Positions 1 through 8,663 of a stretch of 64,000 nt of DNA are shown in pieces. The number at the start of each line of letters is the position of its first letter. Position 1 is the first letter of the stretch. Made by a program: the position numbers and the translations under genes. This DNA is from an uncultured Eubacteriales bacterium (GTDB lineage Bacteria > Bacillota > Clostridia > Oscillospirales > Acutalibacteraceae). The notes under the pieces are model-generated. The model was given only the letters and a program-made list of their open reading frames with translations. It made no database searches and was not told the DNA's origin. The DNA is taken from assembly GCA_934561055.1 (NCBI GenBank), contig CAKTFN010000007.1:25241-89240 (forward strand). Direction: 5' to 3'.

Positions 1-524
1 TCACCCATGCGATTGAAGCGTACTGGAGCGTGAACCACCAGCCGATTACAGACGGCTTTGCGATTCAAAGCATCAAACTCATCATCGAAAACCTTGAAAA
101 AGCATATTCCGATCCCGACGAAGAATCAAAAACGAACATGGCTTACGCTTCGCTCCTTGCCGGGCTTGCGTTTGCGCTTCCGAAAACGGCGGCCTGCCAT
201 GCGTGCAGTTTTCCGCTTTCGGCGAACTGGCACCTTCCCCACGGCGAAGCCTGCGCCCTCACGCTTGACAGCCTCATGCTCCTCAACAACTCGCAAAGGC
301 TTGAGGAGCTTTCAAAGCAAGTCGGAGCCGAAAGTACGGAAAAGCTTGCGGAATATATCAGACATTTGAAAGAAATTTCCGGCCTTTGCACAAAGCTTTC
401 GCAGCTCGGAGAAGTTGACATTGACATGCTTTCAAGAGAAAGCGCAAAACATCCGCTCATGGCGAACAACCCGGTGAAGCTCACCGAGGAAGACTTGAGG
501 AAGATGTTTGAAAAACTTAAATAA
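1..524 (+). CDS. iron-containing (group III) alcohol dehydrogenase family protein, C-terminal part; the 5-prime end lies outside the window
   Basis: Frame 3 is open from nt 3 (THAIEAYWSVNHQPITD), so the listed ORF 30..524 is a truncated view. It carries the Fe-ADH C-terminal signature AACHACSFPLS..HLPHGEACA. Confidence 0.8.
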   Translation, partial: THAIEAYWSVNHQPITDGFAIQSIKLIIENLEKAYSDPDEESKTNMAYASLLAGLAFALPKTAACHACSFPLSANWHLPHGEACALTLDSLMLLNNSQRLEELSKQVGAESTEKLAEYIRHLKEISGLCTKLSQLGEVDIDMLSRESAKHPLMANNPVKLTEEDLRKMFEKLK

Positions 525-540
525 CCGACAGAAAAGCTGT

Positions 541-577
541 GCCGAATGTATGCGATTTACATTCGGCGCGGTTTTTA
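541..577 (+). terminator. rho-independent terminator after the ADH gene
   Basis: Stem GCCGAATGT / ACATTCGGC with a 9-nt loop, followed by GGTTTTTA. It overlaps the stop codon of the convergent MATE gene. Confidence 0.6.
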
Positions 578-1912
578 TGTCATATTCTTTTTTGCTTTTC
601 TTTTCAGACTCACGCAGAGCATTACAACCGAAACACCCGTTGAAATCAGGTTTGAAAGCACATATGCCGTCCAAACGCCCGGAGGACCGAAAGTCCCGGC
701 CATCGGTTTTGTTATAAGAAAAACCGCAACCGGAAGAACCGAATACAGAACAAACGGCGAGATGCTTTTTCCCTGTGCCTGAAAGAGACTTGCGGCAAGC
801 AGATGCGAAAAAGAAAAAGGCAAAGCAAATGAAACAGCCTTTAATCCGTTTGCCGAAGTTTCAATCATCAACTCGCTTTTCGTAAAAACTCCGACAAGCG
901 GTTCTGCAAACAGAAAAAGCAATACCGCCGCAATTATTGAATACGCAAGGCAAGCACCGTAGCAGAATTCAAACACTTTTATTACACGGCTTTTGTTCCT
1001 GCTTCCGATATTATAGCCTGCAATCGGAGAAAGCGTCATTGAAAAAGCAGTGAACGGAACCACCGCAAAAGTCAGAATTTTTCCGATGTATGCAAAGCTG
1101 TTCACTCCGTCGGTTCCGGAAATATCACTCAGAATATTGTTGATTGCAAATGTCAGAACGGAAAGGGTTCCCATTTGAATAACCGACGGAAAACCGACAA
1201 GCAAAATTTCTTTCAGCAGGGATTTTGAAAGCTTTTTCTTTGAAAAATCAAGCGACGTCAATCTTTTGAAAAAAAACAAACTCATTGACGCACTCGTCAT
1301 TTGACAAATAACCGTTGCCAAAGCAGAACCGATAACGCCCCAGCCGAGCACGATGATAAAAACCGCATCAAGAATTATGTTCACCGAAACCGGAATCACC
1401 CAAATGAGAAGTGCATATTTCATTTTTCCTTCCGCTCTGATTATCGAAGAAAAGCCCGTTGAAAAAATGTTGCCGGCAAGTATTATCGTGTAATATTGCT
1501 TCGCCGATTCATACAATTCCGGTGTAACCCCCAAAAGATTCAGCATCGGTTTCATTGTCACAAAACCGAAAATTGTTATCAGAATTGCCGACGAATAAAA
1601 AGCCAGCATTGCGTTATATGCCGCATTGCCCGCTTTTTCGGGTGAGTTTTCACCGAGGGCACGGGAAACAACAGAAGCCGCTCCGGATCCGACAGCAGTT
1701 GAAATCGCACTCTGAAAAATCACAAAAGGCAATATTAATGAAATTCCTCCCATTGCGTTGTCACCGACGGCACGACTTACAAAAAGTGCATCGATTACAG
1801 TATAAAGAGAGTTGAACAAAAGTGCGGCAAACGTTGAAAAAAAGCAGCTCATTACAAGCTTCGGCACACTTTCATTTCCCATTCGCTCGGCGTCCGATCC
1901 GTTACCGTTCAT
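575..1912 (-). CDS. MATE family efflux transporter
   Basis: 12-TM-like hydrophobic profile. The MatE N-terminal pattern is present (FSTFAALLFNSLYTVIDALFVSRAVG). The start is ambiguous: ATG at 1912 (MNGNG) or at 1882 (MGNES). The track start at 1963 would overlap the upstream gene by 62 nt. Confidence 0.85.
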   Translation of the reverse strand: MNGNGSDAERMGNESVPKLVMSCFFSTFAALLFNSLYTVIDALFVSRAVGDNAMGGISLILPFVIFQSAISTAVGSGAASVVSRALGENSPEKAGNAAYNAMLAFYSSAILITIFGFVTMKPMLNLLGVTPELYESAKQYYTIILAGNIFSTGFSSIIRAEGKMKYALLIWVIPVSVNIILDAVFIIVLGWGVIGSALATVICQMTSASMSLFFFKRLTSLDFSKKKLSKSLLKEILLVGFPSVIQMGTLSVLTFAINNILSDISGTDGVNSFAYIGKILTFAVVPFTAFSMTLSPIAGYNIGSRNKSRVIKVFEFCYGACLAYSIIAAVLLFLFAEPLVGVFTKSELMIETSANGLKAVSFALPFSFSHLLAASLFQAQGKSISPFVLYSVLPVAVFLITKPMAGTFGPPGVWTAYVLSNLISTGVSVVMLCVSLKRKAKKNMT

Positions 1913-2888
1913 TTTCAAGCACCCTAAATCCGCGTTTGTAAACAAATGCACTTGAAAAGACATTCCGCCACCAGCCGAAATTTTTCGGAGTATAACGATA
2001 ATATTTTTCGGTTTCCTGAATCAGACCCATAAGAAGGTCGGCAAACGCAAAACGAATATTTTCCTCCCTGCCGTTTCCGATTTTTGTTTTTGAAAAAGCG
2101 TTATACGCTTTTTTAACCTCGTTTTTTTCTGAGAACCCTTTCATAAAATCAAGGCATATAAAGTCAAAAATCGGATCTCCGTAAAATGACCGTTCCGGAT
2201 CAATCCAATAAAGTTTGAGCTTTCCGTTTTCTCTTTTGCAAATAATGTTGACTTCCCAAAGATCATAATTTATCATTGTTCCTTTAACATTTTCAAGAAT
2301 CGTCCTGTTCTTTTCAATAAGAGATAACGCACGCATTCCCCGCTTTGTTTTGTGTCCCGTTCTTTCGCAGTCATTAACCAAATTTTGAAAAATACTTTTG
2401 AGCGCCGTATACCAATCATCATACAATTCATTTTGAATGTATCCAAACTTTTCGGACTTGATTTTATGCAACTTTGAAAGCATCACGGGAAGCTCCTGCT
2501 TTACAAATTTCTTTTCTTCCTCGCTCAGTGTTGCCTTGTCAAGCGTTTTTCCGTCAATTTTTTCCATTATGAAATAGTCGCAAGGAATGATCGTTCTTGA
2601 AAAGTCCTCATAATATATTTTCGGAATTGAAATATCGGTCTTTTCCTTCATTGTTTTGTACCAAAAAACTTCCGAACGCATAATGTCCTTTTCATAGGTG
2701 AGAACCGGCTGATTCGGAAGCGGTGCAATTTTAAGAGCATATTCTTTTCCGCCGGCGGTCACGGAAAAAACGGCATTGTATTCTCCTGCGCCAAGCGGTT
2801 CGATTTTTCCCGCACCGTTGATTCCGGCATTTTCAAAAATTTCAACGATTTTTTCATTTGAAATTTCAATTTTTGTTTTACTGATCAT
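1902..2888 (-). CDS. aminoglycoside/choline-kinase-fold phosphotransferase (APH family) protein
   Basis: Protein-kinase-like fold motifs: G-rich loop LGAGEYNAVF, ALK lysine, catalytic YDLWEVN (D-x4-N), and WIDPERSFYGDPIFDF (DFG-like). Confidence 0.8.
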   Translation of the reverse strand: MISKTKIEISNEKIVEIFENAGINGAGKIEPLGAGEYNAVFSVTAGGKEYALKIAPLPNQPVLTYEKDIMRSEVFWYKTMKEKTDISIPKIYYEDFSRTIIPCDYFIMEKIDGKTLDKATLSEEEKKFVKQELPVMLSKLHKIKSEKFGYIQNELYDDWYTALKSIFQNLVNDCERTGHKTKRGMRALSLIEKNRTILENVKGTMINYDLWEVNIICKRENGKLKLYWIDPERSFYGDPIFDFICLDFMKGFSEKNEVKKAYNAFSKTKIGNGREENIRFAFADLLMGLIQETEKYYRYTPKNFGWWRNVFSSAFVYKRGFRVLENER

Positions 2889-3015
2889 ATTATCACCTCA
2901 CAAAACGATTTTATCAACTTAAAGAAACAAAATATACAACAATTCAGACAATTATAAAACAAATCAGTTGTACGAAAGAAAATAATATGCTATCATAAAA
3001 TCGAGGTGAAAGCGA

Positions 3016-3756
3016 ATGAATTTTGAATCAAAAAAATATATAGATGTTCTTGAAAGCGAGAGTCTTTTTGAATACCGGGAAAACGGGCTTTTACGGACTT
3101 CGTACGAAACGGAAAAACGACTTTATTCATTCATAAAAAACGGCGACGTCGAGAACGCAAAAAAAGCCGGAGAAATTTTAAAAACACAAAAAATCGTTGC
3201 CGGAAAACTTTCCGACAACTCATTGACGCACATGAAATATTGGGCGGTATGCTGCATTACTCTTGCAACAAGATCCGCAATCGAAGGAGGTCTTGACGAG
3301 AACATTGCGTATACATATGCAGACAAAACGATTATGAAAATTGATAAAATGAACAGCGAGAGCGAAATTTTTTCAACAATTTTAAACGAGTATGTAAAAA
3401 TTTCGGTTATGGTCTGCGAAAATCACAAAGAAAAACCGTGTTCGGTAACAATAAAAAGATGTCTTCATTACATCAGCACTCACCTTCACGAAAAGCTTTC
3501 CGTTCGTGAGCTTTCTTCATATTGCGGATTAAGTCCGGATCATTTTTCAAAAATTTTCAAAAGTGAAGTCGGTATTATCCCTTCAAGATATATCCGGCGC
3601 AAAAAGCTTGAAGCGGCAAAAGAAATGCTCCTTTCGGGAAGAAGCATTTCGGAAACCGCTCACTTTCTCGGCTTTTGTTCGGACAGCTATTTCATCGACT
3701 GTTTCAAAAACGAGTTTTCAAAAACACCGGGAGAATTTTTAAAAACTTCCGATTGA
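3016..3756 (+). CDS. AraC family transcriptional regulator
   Basis: C-terminal double HTH (SVRELSSYCGLSPDHFSKIFK ... ISETAHFLGFCSDSYFIDCFKNEFSKTPGEF). RBS GAGGTGA lies upstream of the ATG. Confidence 0.9.
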   Translation: MNFESKKYIDVLESESLFEYRENGLLRTSYETEKRLYSFIKNGDVENAKKAGEILKTQKIVAGKLSDNSLTHMKYWAVCCITLATRSAIEGGLDENIAYTYADKTIMKIDKMNSESEIFSTILNEYVKISVMVCENHKEKPCSVTIKRCLHYISTHLHEKLSVRELSSYCGLSPDHFSKIFKSEVGIIPSRYIRRKKLEAAKEMLLSGRSISETAHFLGFCSDSYFIDCFKNEFSKTPGEFLKTSD

Positions 3757-3757
3757 C

Positions 3758-4615
3758 TCATATTTTTTCGCAGTATTCCAAACTCACCCAGCCGCTCGGG
3801 GTTTTTCCCCAACCGTTTTTGACTTCGCTCACGGTGAAAACCGTTCCGTTGACGTAGCCGTTGACTTCGCCGCCGAGAAGGGAACGAACCTGACTTTGCG
3901 CGTCTTTTGTCAGTTCGTCGAATTTGAGATAGGGATACTTTGTTCCCGGACCTTTTCGGACATTCAAGACCCTTGCCTTCGTGACTTTATAATTTCCGGC
4001 GGGATAGGTTTTTTTGGTTTTCGCCGGTTTCGTTTCCGGCGTTTCGGCTTTCGGAAGAGATTTGAAAACGAGCCCTTTTGAGTCGATAACCTTTGTGAAA
4101 GAGCGGTCAAGATAAAAGAGCTCTTCCGGCTTGAACGCACCGTTCGCCGTTGAAAGCACCCACTTGCTTTTTGAGTTGAGTACCCAGCCGTTTCCGGTGA
4201 TTGTTCCCTTTCCGCCGCTCATGTGAAGATGGTTTCCCGTTGCTCCGTCGGTTCCTTCACGGCAAATTCTTTCGCCGCGTTTGAATTTTTGACCGACAGA
4301 AAGACGCTTCAGGTCGGAATCGTCGGGATGAGTAATTTGAATCGTGAAATAATCGGTCGTTGAGTCGGCAAAGAAAACCTTTTTCGTTGACTGAAGCCAG
4401 ATTGTGTTCGTTCCGCCGTTTCCGACGCCGTAAATCCGCAAAAGCTTCATCTCGTCGCACGGGCAGTAAAACCATTCTCTTCCGCCGTCGCTGCACGCTT
4501 CGTCAATCGGGTAATCCTTCGGGGTTCCGGTCGTGTGCGGATAATGCGAAGTTGAGCCGAGATACGTTTGAGTTATTCTCATGACTTTCGTCGGATAGAC
4601 AAGATAGTTTTTCAT
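3758..4615 (-). CDS. putative peptidoglycan hydrolase: M23-like (LytM-type) domain plus C-terminal SH3b domain, endolysin-like, no signal peptide
   Basis: GTDGATGNHLHMSGG resembles the M23 GxTGxHLH motif. The C-terminal YKVTKARVLNVRKGPGTKYP...NGWGKTPSGWVSLEY is SH3b-like. The ATG at 4615 is preceded by GAAAGGGGAAACGCT. The longer TTG start at 4690 lies in the asnB terminator T-tract. Confidence 0.6.
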   Translation of the reverse strand: MKNYLVYPTKVMRITQTYLGSTSHYPHTTGTPKDYPIDEACSDGGREWFYCPCDEMKLLRIYGVGNGGTNTIWLQSTKKVFFADSTTDYFTIQITHPDDSDLKRLSVGQKFKRGERICREGTDGATGNHLHMSGGKGTITGNGWVLNSKSKWVLSTANGAFKPEELFYLDRSFTKVIDSKGLVFKSLPKAETPETKPAKTKKTYPAGNYKVTKARVLNVRKGPGTKYPYLKFDELTKDAQSQVRSLLGGEVNGYVNGTVFTVSEVKNGWGKTPSGWVSLEYCEKI

Positions 4616-4675
4616 AGCGTTTCCCCTTTCGCTGCTGATTGCATTAATATCATATGCAAAAAAGAGGAAAATGAT

Positions 4676-4726
4676 AAAAGGCAAAATCAAAGACCGACTG
4701 AGCGCTGTGTAAACTCAATCGGTCTT
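4676..4726 (-). terminator. rho-independent terminator downstream of asnB
   Basis: Minus strand reads AAGACCGATTGAG..CTCAGTCGGTCTT followed by TGATTTTGCCTTTT. Confidence 0.7.
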
Positions 4727-4757
4727 GTTATACGAACGGCTTTCGCCGAGGGTATGT

Positions 4758-6338
4758 TTATTTTCCGCTGTCACCGTAGTTTGAAAGAACACGGGCGGAC
4801 GGGTCATTGACGTTGCAGCCTTCCCAGTTCCTGTTCGGCATCCAGAAATCGGCAACCATCTGCGCCTGTCCGGGATAATATTTTTCAAAAAGTTCCCGGT
4901 AAAGGAGCGATTCCTTTGTGAACGGAGCGGCAAAGGTATATTTCTTTTTCTTTTCTTCAAATTCTTCGTCGGTATAGGTTCTTTCCGCAAGAGCTTTAAG
5001 GTCGTCAACCATTGAGTGACCGACTGCGTCGGAAAACGCCGCCTTTTCACGCATGAGAATGTCATAAGGAAGATAATCGCCTTCAAAAGCGTGGCGGAGA
5101 AGATACTTTCCTTTGTTATATCTGTTCATCTTGATTTCGGGGTCGAGAGCCATGATATACTTTACAAAATCAAGGTCGCCGAACGGAACCCTCGCTTCAA
5201 GCGAGTTGACCGAAATGCAGCGGTCTGCACGAAGAACGTCATACATATAAAGCTCGTGAACACGCTTTTGCGCTTCCTTTTGAAATTCTTCCGCCGAGGG
5301 GGCAAAATCGGTATATTTATAGCCGAAAAGCTCATCCGAAACTTCACCGGTGAGAATAACTCTCAAGTCGGTGTTTTCGTGGATGTACTTGCAAACGAGA
5401 TACATTCCGATCGAAGCACGGATTGTTGTGATGTCATATGTTCCGAGAAGAGCAACAACTTTTTCAAGTGCGTCAAGAACATCCTTTTCGGTAATGATTA
5501 CCTCGGTATGCTCCGCTCCGATATAATCGGCAACCTCTTTTGCATATTTGAGGTCGATTGCGTCGGTGCTCATTCCGATTGCAAAGGTCTTGATTTTTTC
5601 CTTTGAAAGCTTTGCGGCAACGCTGCAAACGAGCGAGGAATCAAGTCCGCCGGAAAGAAGATAGCCGACCGGAACGTCCGAATCAAGACGTTTTTCGATT
5701 CCGGCAACAAGTTTGTCATGAATCTTTTTGCAAGCGGTTTCAACGCTGTCTTTAATAACCTTGTCCGGAACGCTGATGTCACAATAGCAGGTGAACTTTC
5801 CTTCTTTATAGTAATGTCCCGGAGGGAAAGGCATGATTTCTTCCGTGAGGCCGACAAGGTTCTTCGCCTCGCTCGCAAAAAGCATTTTTCCCTCTTTGTC
5901 AAGGCCGTAAAAAAGCGGTCTGATTCCGATCGGGTCACGCGCGGCAATATATTCATGCGTTTTTCCGTCATAAATAATCAAGGCAAACTCGGCGTCGAGC
6001 TTTTTGAACATTTCCGTTCCGTATTCTTCGTAAAGCGGAAGAAGAAGCTCGCAATCGGAATCGCTTTTGAAGCTGTAGCCCTTTTTACAAAGCTCCTTTT
6101 TGAGCTTTCTGAAGCCGTAAAGTTCGCCGTTGCAGACAACGAAACTTCCGTTTCTTTCAAACGGCTGCATTCCGCTTTCGTCAACGCCCATGATTGCAAG
6201 ACGGTGAAAACCGAGAAAGCCCTTTCCCGTGTTTATCACACGGGACATATCCGGGCCTCTTGAAATTGTTTTTTCAAAGCCTTTTTGAAATTCTTCAAGC
6301 GGCAGGCTTTCGCCGCAATATCCCATTATTGAACACAT
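4758..6338 (-). CDS. asnB: asparagine synthase (glutamine-hydrolysing)
   Basis: Ntn-type start MCSIMGYCG (Cys2 nucleophile). PP-loop motif SGGLDSS. Length is about 527 aa. RBS GGAAGGGG lies upstream of the ATG at 6338. Confidence 0.9.
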   Translation of the reverse strand: MCSIMGYCGESLPLEEFQKGFEKTISRGPDMSRVINTGKGFLGFHRLAIMGVDESGMQPFERNGSFVVCNGELYGFRKLKKELCKKGYSFKSDSDCELLLPLYEEYGTEMFKKLDAEFALIIYDGKTHEYIAARDPIGIRPLFYGLDKEGKMLFASEAKNLVGLTEEIMPFPPGHYYKEGKFTCYCDISVPDKVIKDSVETACKKIHDKLVAGIEKRLDSDVPVGYLLSGGLDSSLVCSVAAKLSKEKIKTFAIGMSTDAIDLKYAKEVADYIGAEHTEVIITEKDVLDALEKVVALLGTYDITTIRASIGMYLVCKYIHENTDLRVILTGEVSDELFGYKYTDFAPSAEEFQKEAQKRVHELYMYDVLRADRCISVNSLEARVPFGDLDFVKYIMALDPEIKMNRYNKGKYLLRHAFEGDYLPYDILMREKAAFSDAVGHSMVDDLKALAERTYTDEEFEEKKKKYTFAAPFTKESLLYRELFEKYYPGQAQMVADFWMPNRNWEGCNVNDPSARVLSNYGDSGK

Positions 6339-6358
6339 AAAAGAGAGTTTCCCCTTCC

Positions 6359-8449
6359 TTATCTGACGGAGAAAAGAAGTTCGCCGTATGAAGGATACGG
6401 CCATTTCTCCTTCGGTGCGATTGTTTCAATTTCGTCAACGGAAATTCTGAGAACACGCATATCGTCAAGAATCTTTGTTTTATAGAAATCTGCAAGTTCT
6501 GTGAAATCTTCGATTGACTTTGAGGAAAGAAGGTCTTCTTCAAGCTTTCTGACCGCTCTGAACGCAGCGCCGATGAGGGCGGAAACGCTCTTGACCGTTT
6601 CCTTTTCATAGGTACAGTCGGCTTCGGGCATGAAGGCCGCTTTCTTTGCGGCGCCGTCGGCAAGTTCACACGAGAAATCGCTCATTGCGGGAAGAATGTC
6701 TTTTCTTACCATATCGAGCATTGTGAGAGCTTCGATGTTGATAACCTTGCAATAATTTTCAAGGCGAACTTCATGACGTGCGGTAATTTCCGGAACGGTG
6801 AGAACCTTATGATCGGTGAAGAGCTTTACGTTCTTGTCGTCAAGCATATGAGCGAGCGCATCCGGAGTTGTTTTGAGGTTTTTGAGGCCTCTCTTTTCAG
6901 CTTCGGCAATCCACGAATCGTCATAGCCGTCTCCGTTGAAGATGATTCTCTTATGTTCTTTGATCGTTTTCTTGATGAGGTCGTGAAGCTGAGCTTCAAA
7001 GTCTTTGGAGCCTTCAAGCTCGTCGGCGAACTGCTTGAGTTCTTCGGCAACCGAAGTGTTGAGAACGGTGTTTGCGCAGGAAACCGAAGAAGCCGAACCG
7101 AGCATACGGAATTCAAACTTGTTTCCGGTGAAGGCGAACGGACTTGTTCTGTTTCTGTCGGTGGTATCCTTCGGGAACTTGGGAAGAGTGTGAACGCCGA
7201 TTCTCATAAGTTCCTTCTGCTTCGGGTCAAAATGTTCGTCGTTTTCGATTGCGTCAAGAATTTCCGAAAGATCCGTGCCGAGGAACATTGAAACGATTGC
7301 CGGAGGCGCTTCGTTTGCACCGAGTCTGTGGTCGTTTCCTGCCGAAGCAACGGAAATTCTCAAAAGCTCCTGATATTCGTCAACAGCCTTGATTACCGCA
7401 CAAAGGAAAAGAAGGAACTGAGCGTTTTCATACGGTGTTTCACCCGGTTCAAGGAGGTTGACTCCCGTATCGGTTGAAATTGACCAGTTGTTATGCTTTC
7501 CGCTTCCGTTGACGCCGGCAAACGGCTTTTCATGAAGAAGGCAAACCATTCCGTGCCTTTTTGCAACCTTCTGCATAATTTCCATTGTGAGCTGGTTGTG
7601 GTCGGCGGCAATATTCGTTGTTGTGAAAATCGGAGCCATTTCGTGCTGTGCCGGAGCAACTTCGTTATGTTCGGTTTTTGCAAGAACACCGACCTTCCAA
7701 AGTTCTTCGTTGAGTTCTTTCATGTATTCGGCAACACGGGGTTTGATTGTGCCGAAGTAATGGTCGTCAAGTTCCTGTCCCTTCGGTGCGCGTGCGCCGA
7801 AAAGAGTGCGGCCGGTATAAATGAGATCCTTGCGTTTATTATAAGCTTTTTCGTCAACAAGAAAATACTCCTGTTCGGGGCCAACGGTCGTTTTAACCGA
7901 TTTTACGTCCTCGTTTCCGAAAAGTTTGAGAACACGAAGAGCCTGGCGGTTGATTGCTTCCATCGAACGAAGAAGAGCGGTTTTCTGGTCAAGAGCTTCG
8001 CCGCCGTAAGAGCAGAAAACGGTCGGAATGCAAAGAACGCCGTCTTTGATGAACGCATAAGAAGTTGCGTCCCAAGCGGTGTAACCTCTCGCTTCAAACG
8101 TTGCGCGAAGTCCGCCCGAAGGGAACGAAGAAGCGTCCGGTTCGCCTCTGATGAGCTCTTTTCCGGAGAATTCCATGATTACCTTTCCGTTTTTCGGAGA
8201 GATGAAGCTGTCATGCTTTTCGGCGGTTACGCCGGTCATCGGCTGGAACCAATGGGTATAATGAGTTGCTCCTTTTTCGATTGCCCAATCTTTCATTGCA
8301 TTGGCAACAACGTTCGCAACGCTGATTTCAAGATGTTTTCCGTCTTTGATTGTTTTCTGAAGGATTTTGTAAGTTTCTTTCGGTAATCTTGCTTCCATTG
8401 CGGCGTCGTCAAACACCATTGAACCGAAAATTTCTGTTACACTTTTCAT
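6359..8449 (-). CDS. glnN: glutamine synthetase type III
   Basis: About 697 aa. The GSIII-type N-terminus is [41 protein letters not shown] precedes the ATG at 8449. The gene lies 20 nt upstream of asnB. Confidence 0.9.
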   Translation of the reverse strand: MKSVTEIFGSMVFDDAAMEARLPKETYKILQKTIKDGKHLEISVANVVANAMKDWAIEKGATHYTHWFQPMTGVTAEKHDSFISPKNGKVIMEFSGKELIRGEPDASSFPSGGLRATFEARGYTAWDATSYAFIKDGVLCIPTVFCSYGGEALDQKTALLRSMEAINRQALRVLKLFGNEDVKSVKTTVGPEQEYFLVDEKAYNKRKDLIYTGRTLFGARAPKGQELDDHYFGTIKPRVAEYMKELNEELWKVGVLAKTEHNEVAPAQHEMAPIFTTTNIAADHNQLTMEIMQKVAKRHGMVCLLHEKPFAGVNGSGKHNNWSISTDTGVNLLEPGETPYENAQFLLFLCAVIKAVDEYQELLRISVASAGNDHRLGANEAPPAIVSMFLGTDLSEILDAIENDEHFDPKQKELMRIGVHTLPKFPKDTTDRNRTSPFAFTGNKFEFRMLGSASSVSCANTVLNTSVAEELKQFADELEGSKDFEAQLHDLIKKTIKEHKRIIFNGDGYDDSWIAEAEKRGLKNLKTTPDALAHMLDDKNVKLFTDHKVLTVPEITARHEVRLENYCKVINIEALTMLDMVRKDILPAMSDFSCELADGAAKKAAFMPEADCTYEKETVKSVSALIGAAFRAVRKLEEDLLSSKSIEDFTELADFYKTKILDDMRVLRISVDEIETIAPKEKWPYPSYGELLFSVR

Positions 8450-8604
8450 GATAAAACTTCCTTTCCGATAATAAAAAAAGCGACAAAGACACCTGCAGAG
8501 CATTTCTGCACGACGTCCTTGTCGCTGATTTTTACTTTAATAAAAAAGCAAAAACCACAGACAATTATTCTTGTCTGCGGCTTCCTTGTCGCTTTATGTG
8601 AGGT
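8450..8604 (-). promoter_or_regulatory. glnN-asnB leader RNA with two tandem terminator-like hairpins and an 11-nt direct repeat (candidate attenuator)
   Basis: Hairpin 1 (about 8555..8580) is GCAGACAA-GAATAA-TTGTCTG followed by TTTTTGCTTTTTT. Hairpin 2 (about 8479..8526) is AGCGACAAGGAC...GTCTTTGTCGCT, 12 bp, followed by a U-run immediately before the RBS. AGCGACAAGGA occurs twice (about 8583..8593 and 8516..8526). Confidence 0.55.
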
Positions 8605-8633
8605 ATTCTACCACCGTGATTTTAATTTGTCAA
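8605..8633 (-). promoter_or_regulatory. sigma-A promoter for glnN-asnB
   Basis: Minus strand reads TTGACA, a 17-nt spacer, then TAGAAT with TG at the extended -10 position. Confidence 0.7.
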
Positions 8634-8663
8634 GTGCTTTTTGAAAAAAACTTCAACTTCTTT

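Noticed and set aside
4616-4690. An N-terminal extension of the lysin-like ORF (MILPFIIFLFFAY..) that looks like a signal anchor.
   Set aside because: It would use a TTG that sits inside the T-tract of the asnB terminator, and it has no SD. The internal ATG at 4615 has a strong SD. I kept it only as a caveat.
8450-8604. The glnN leader as a known element: glutamine riboswitch, T-box, ANTAR target or TnrA/GlnR box.
   Set aside because: There is no T-box specifier or T-box sequence. The hairpin loops (GAATAA, AAATGCT) do not fit the ANTAR A..G hexaloop pattern. There is no TGTNA-N7-TNACA match at the promoter. The cyanobacterial glnA RNA motif is not recognisable. I therefore left it as an unclassified attenuator.
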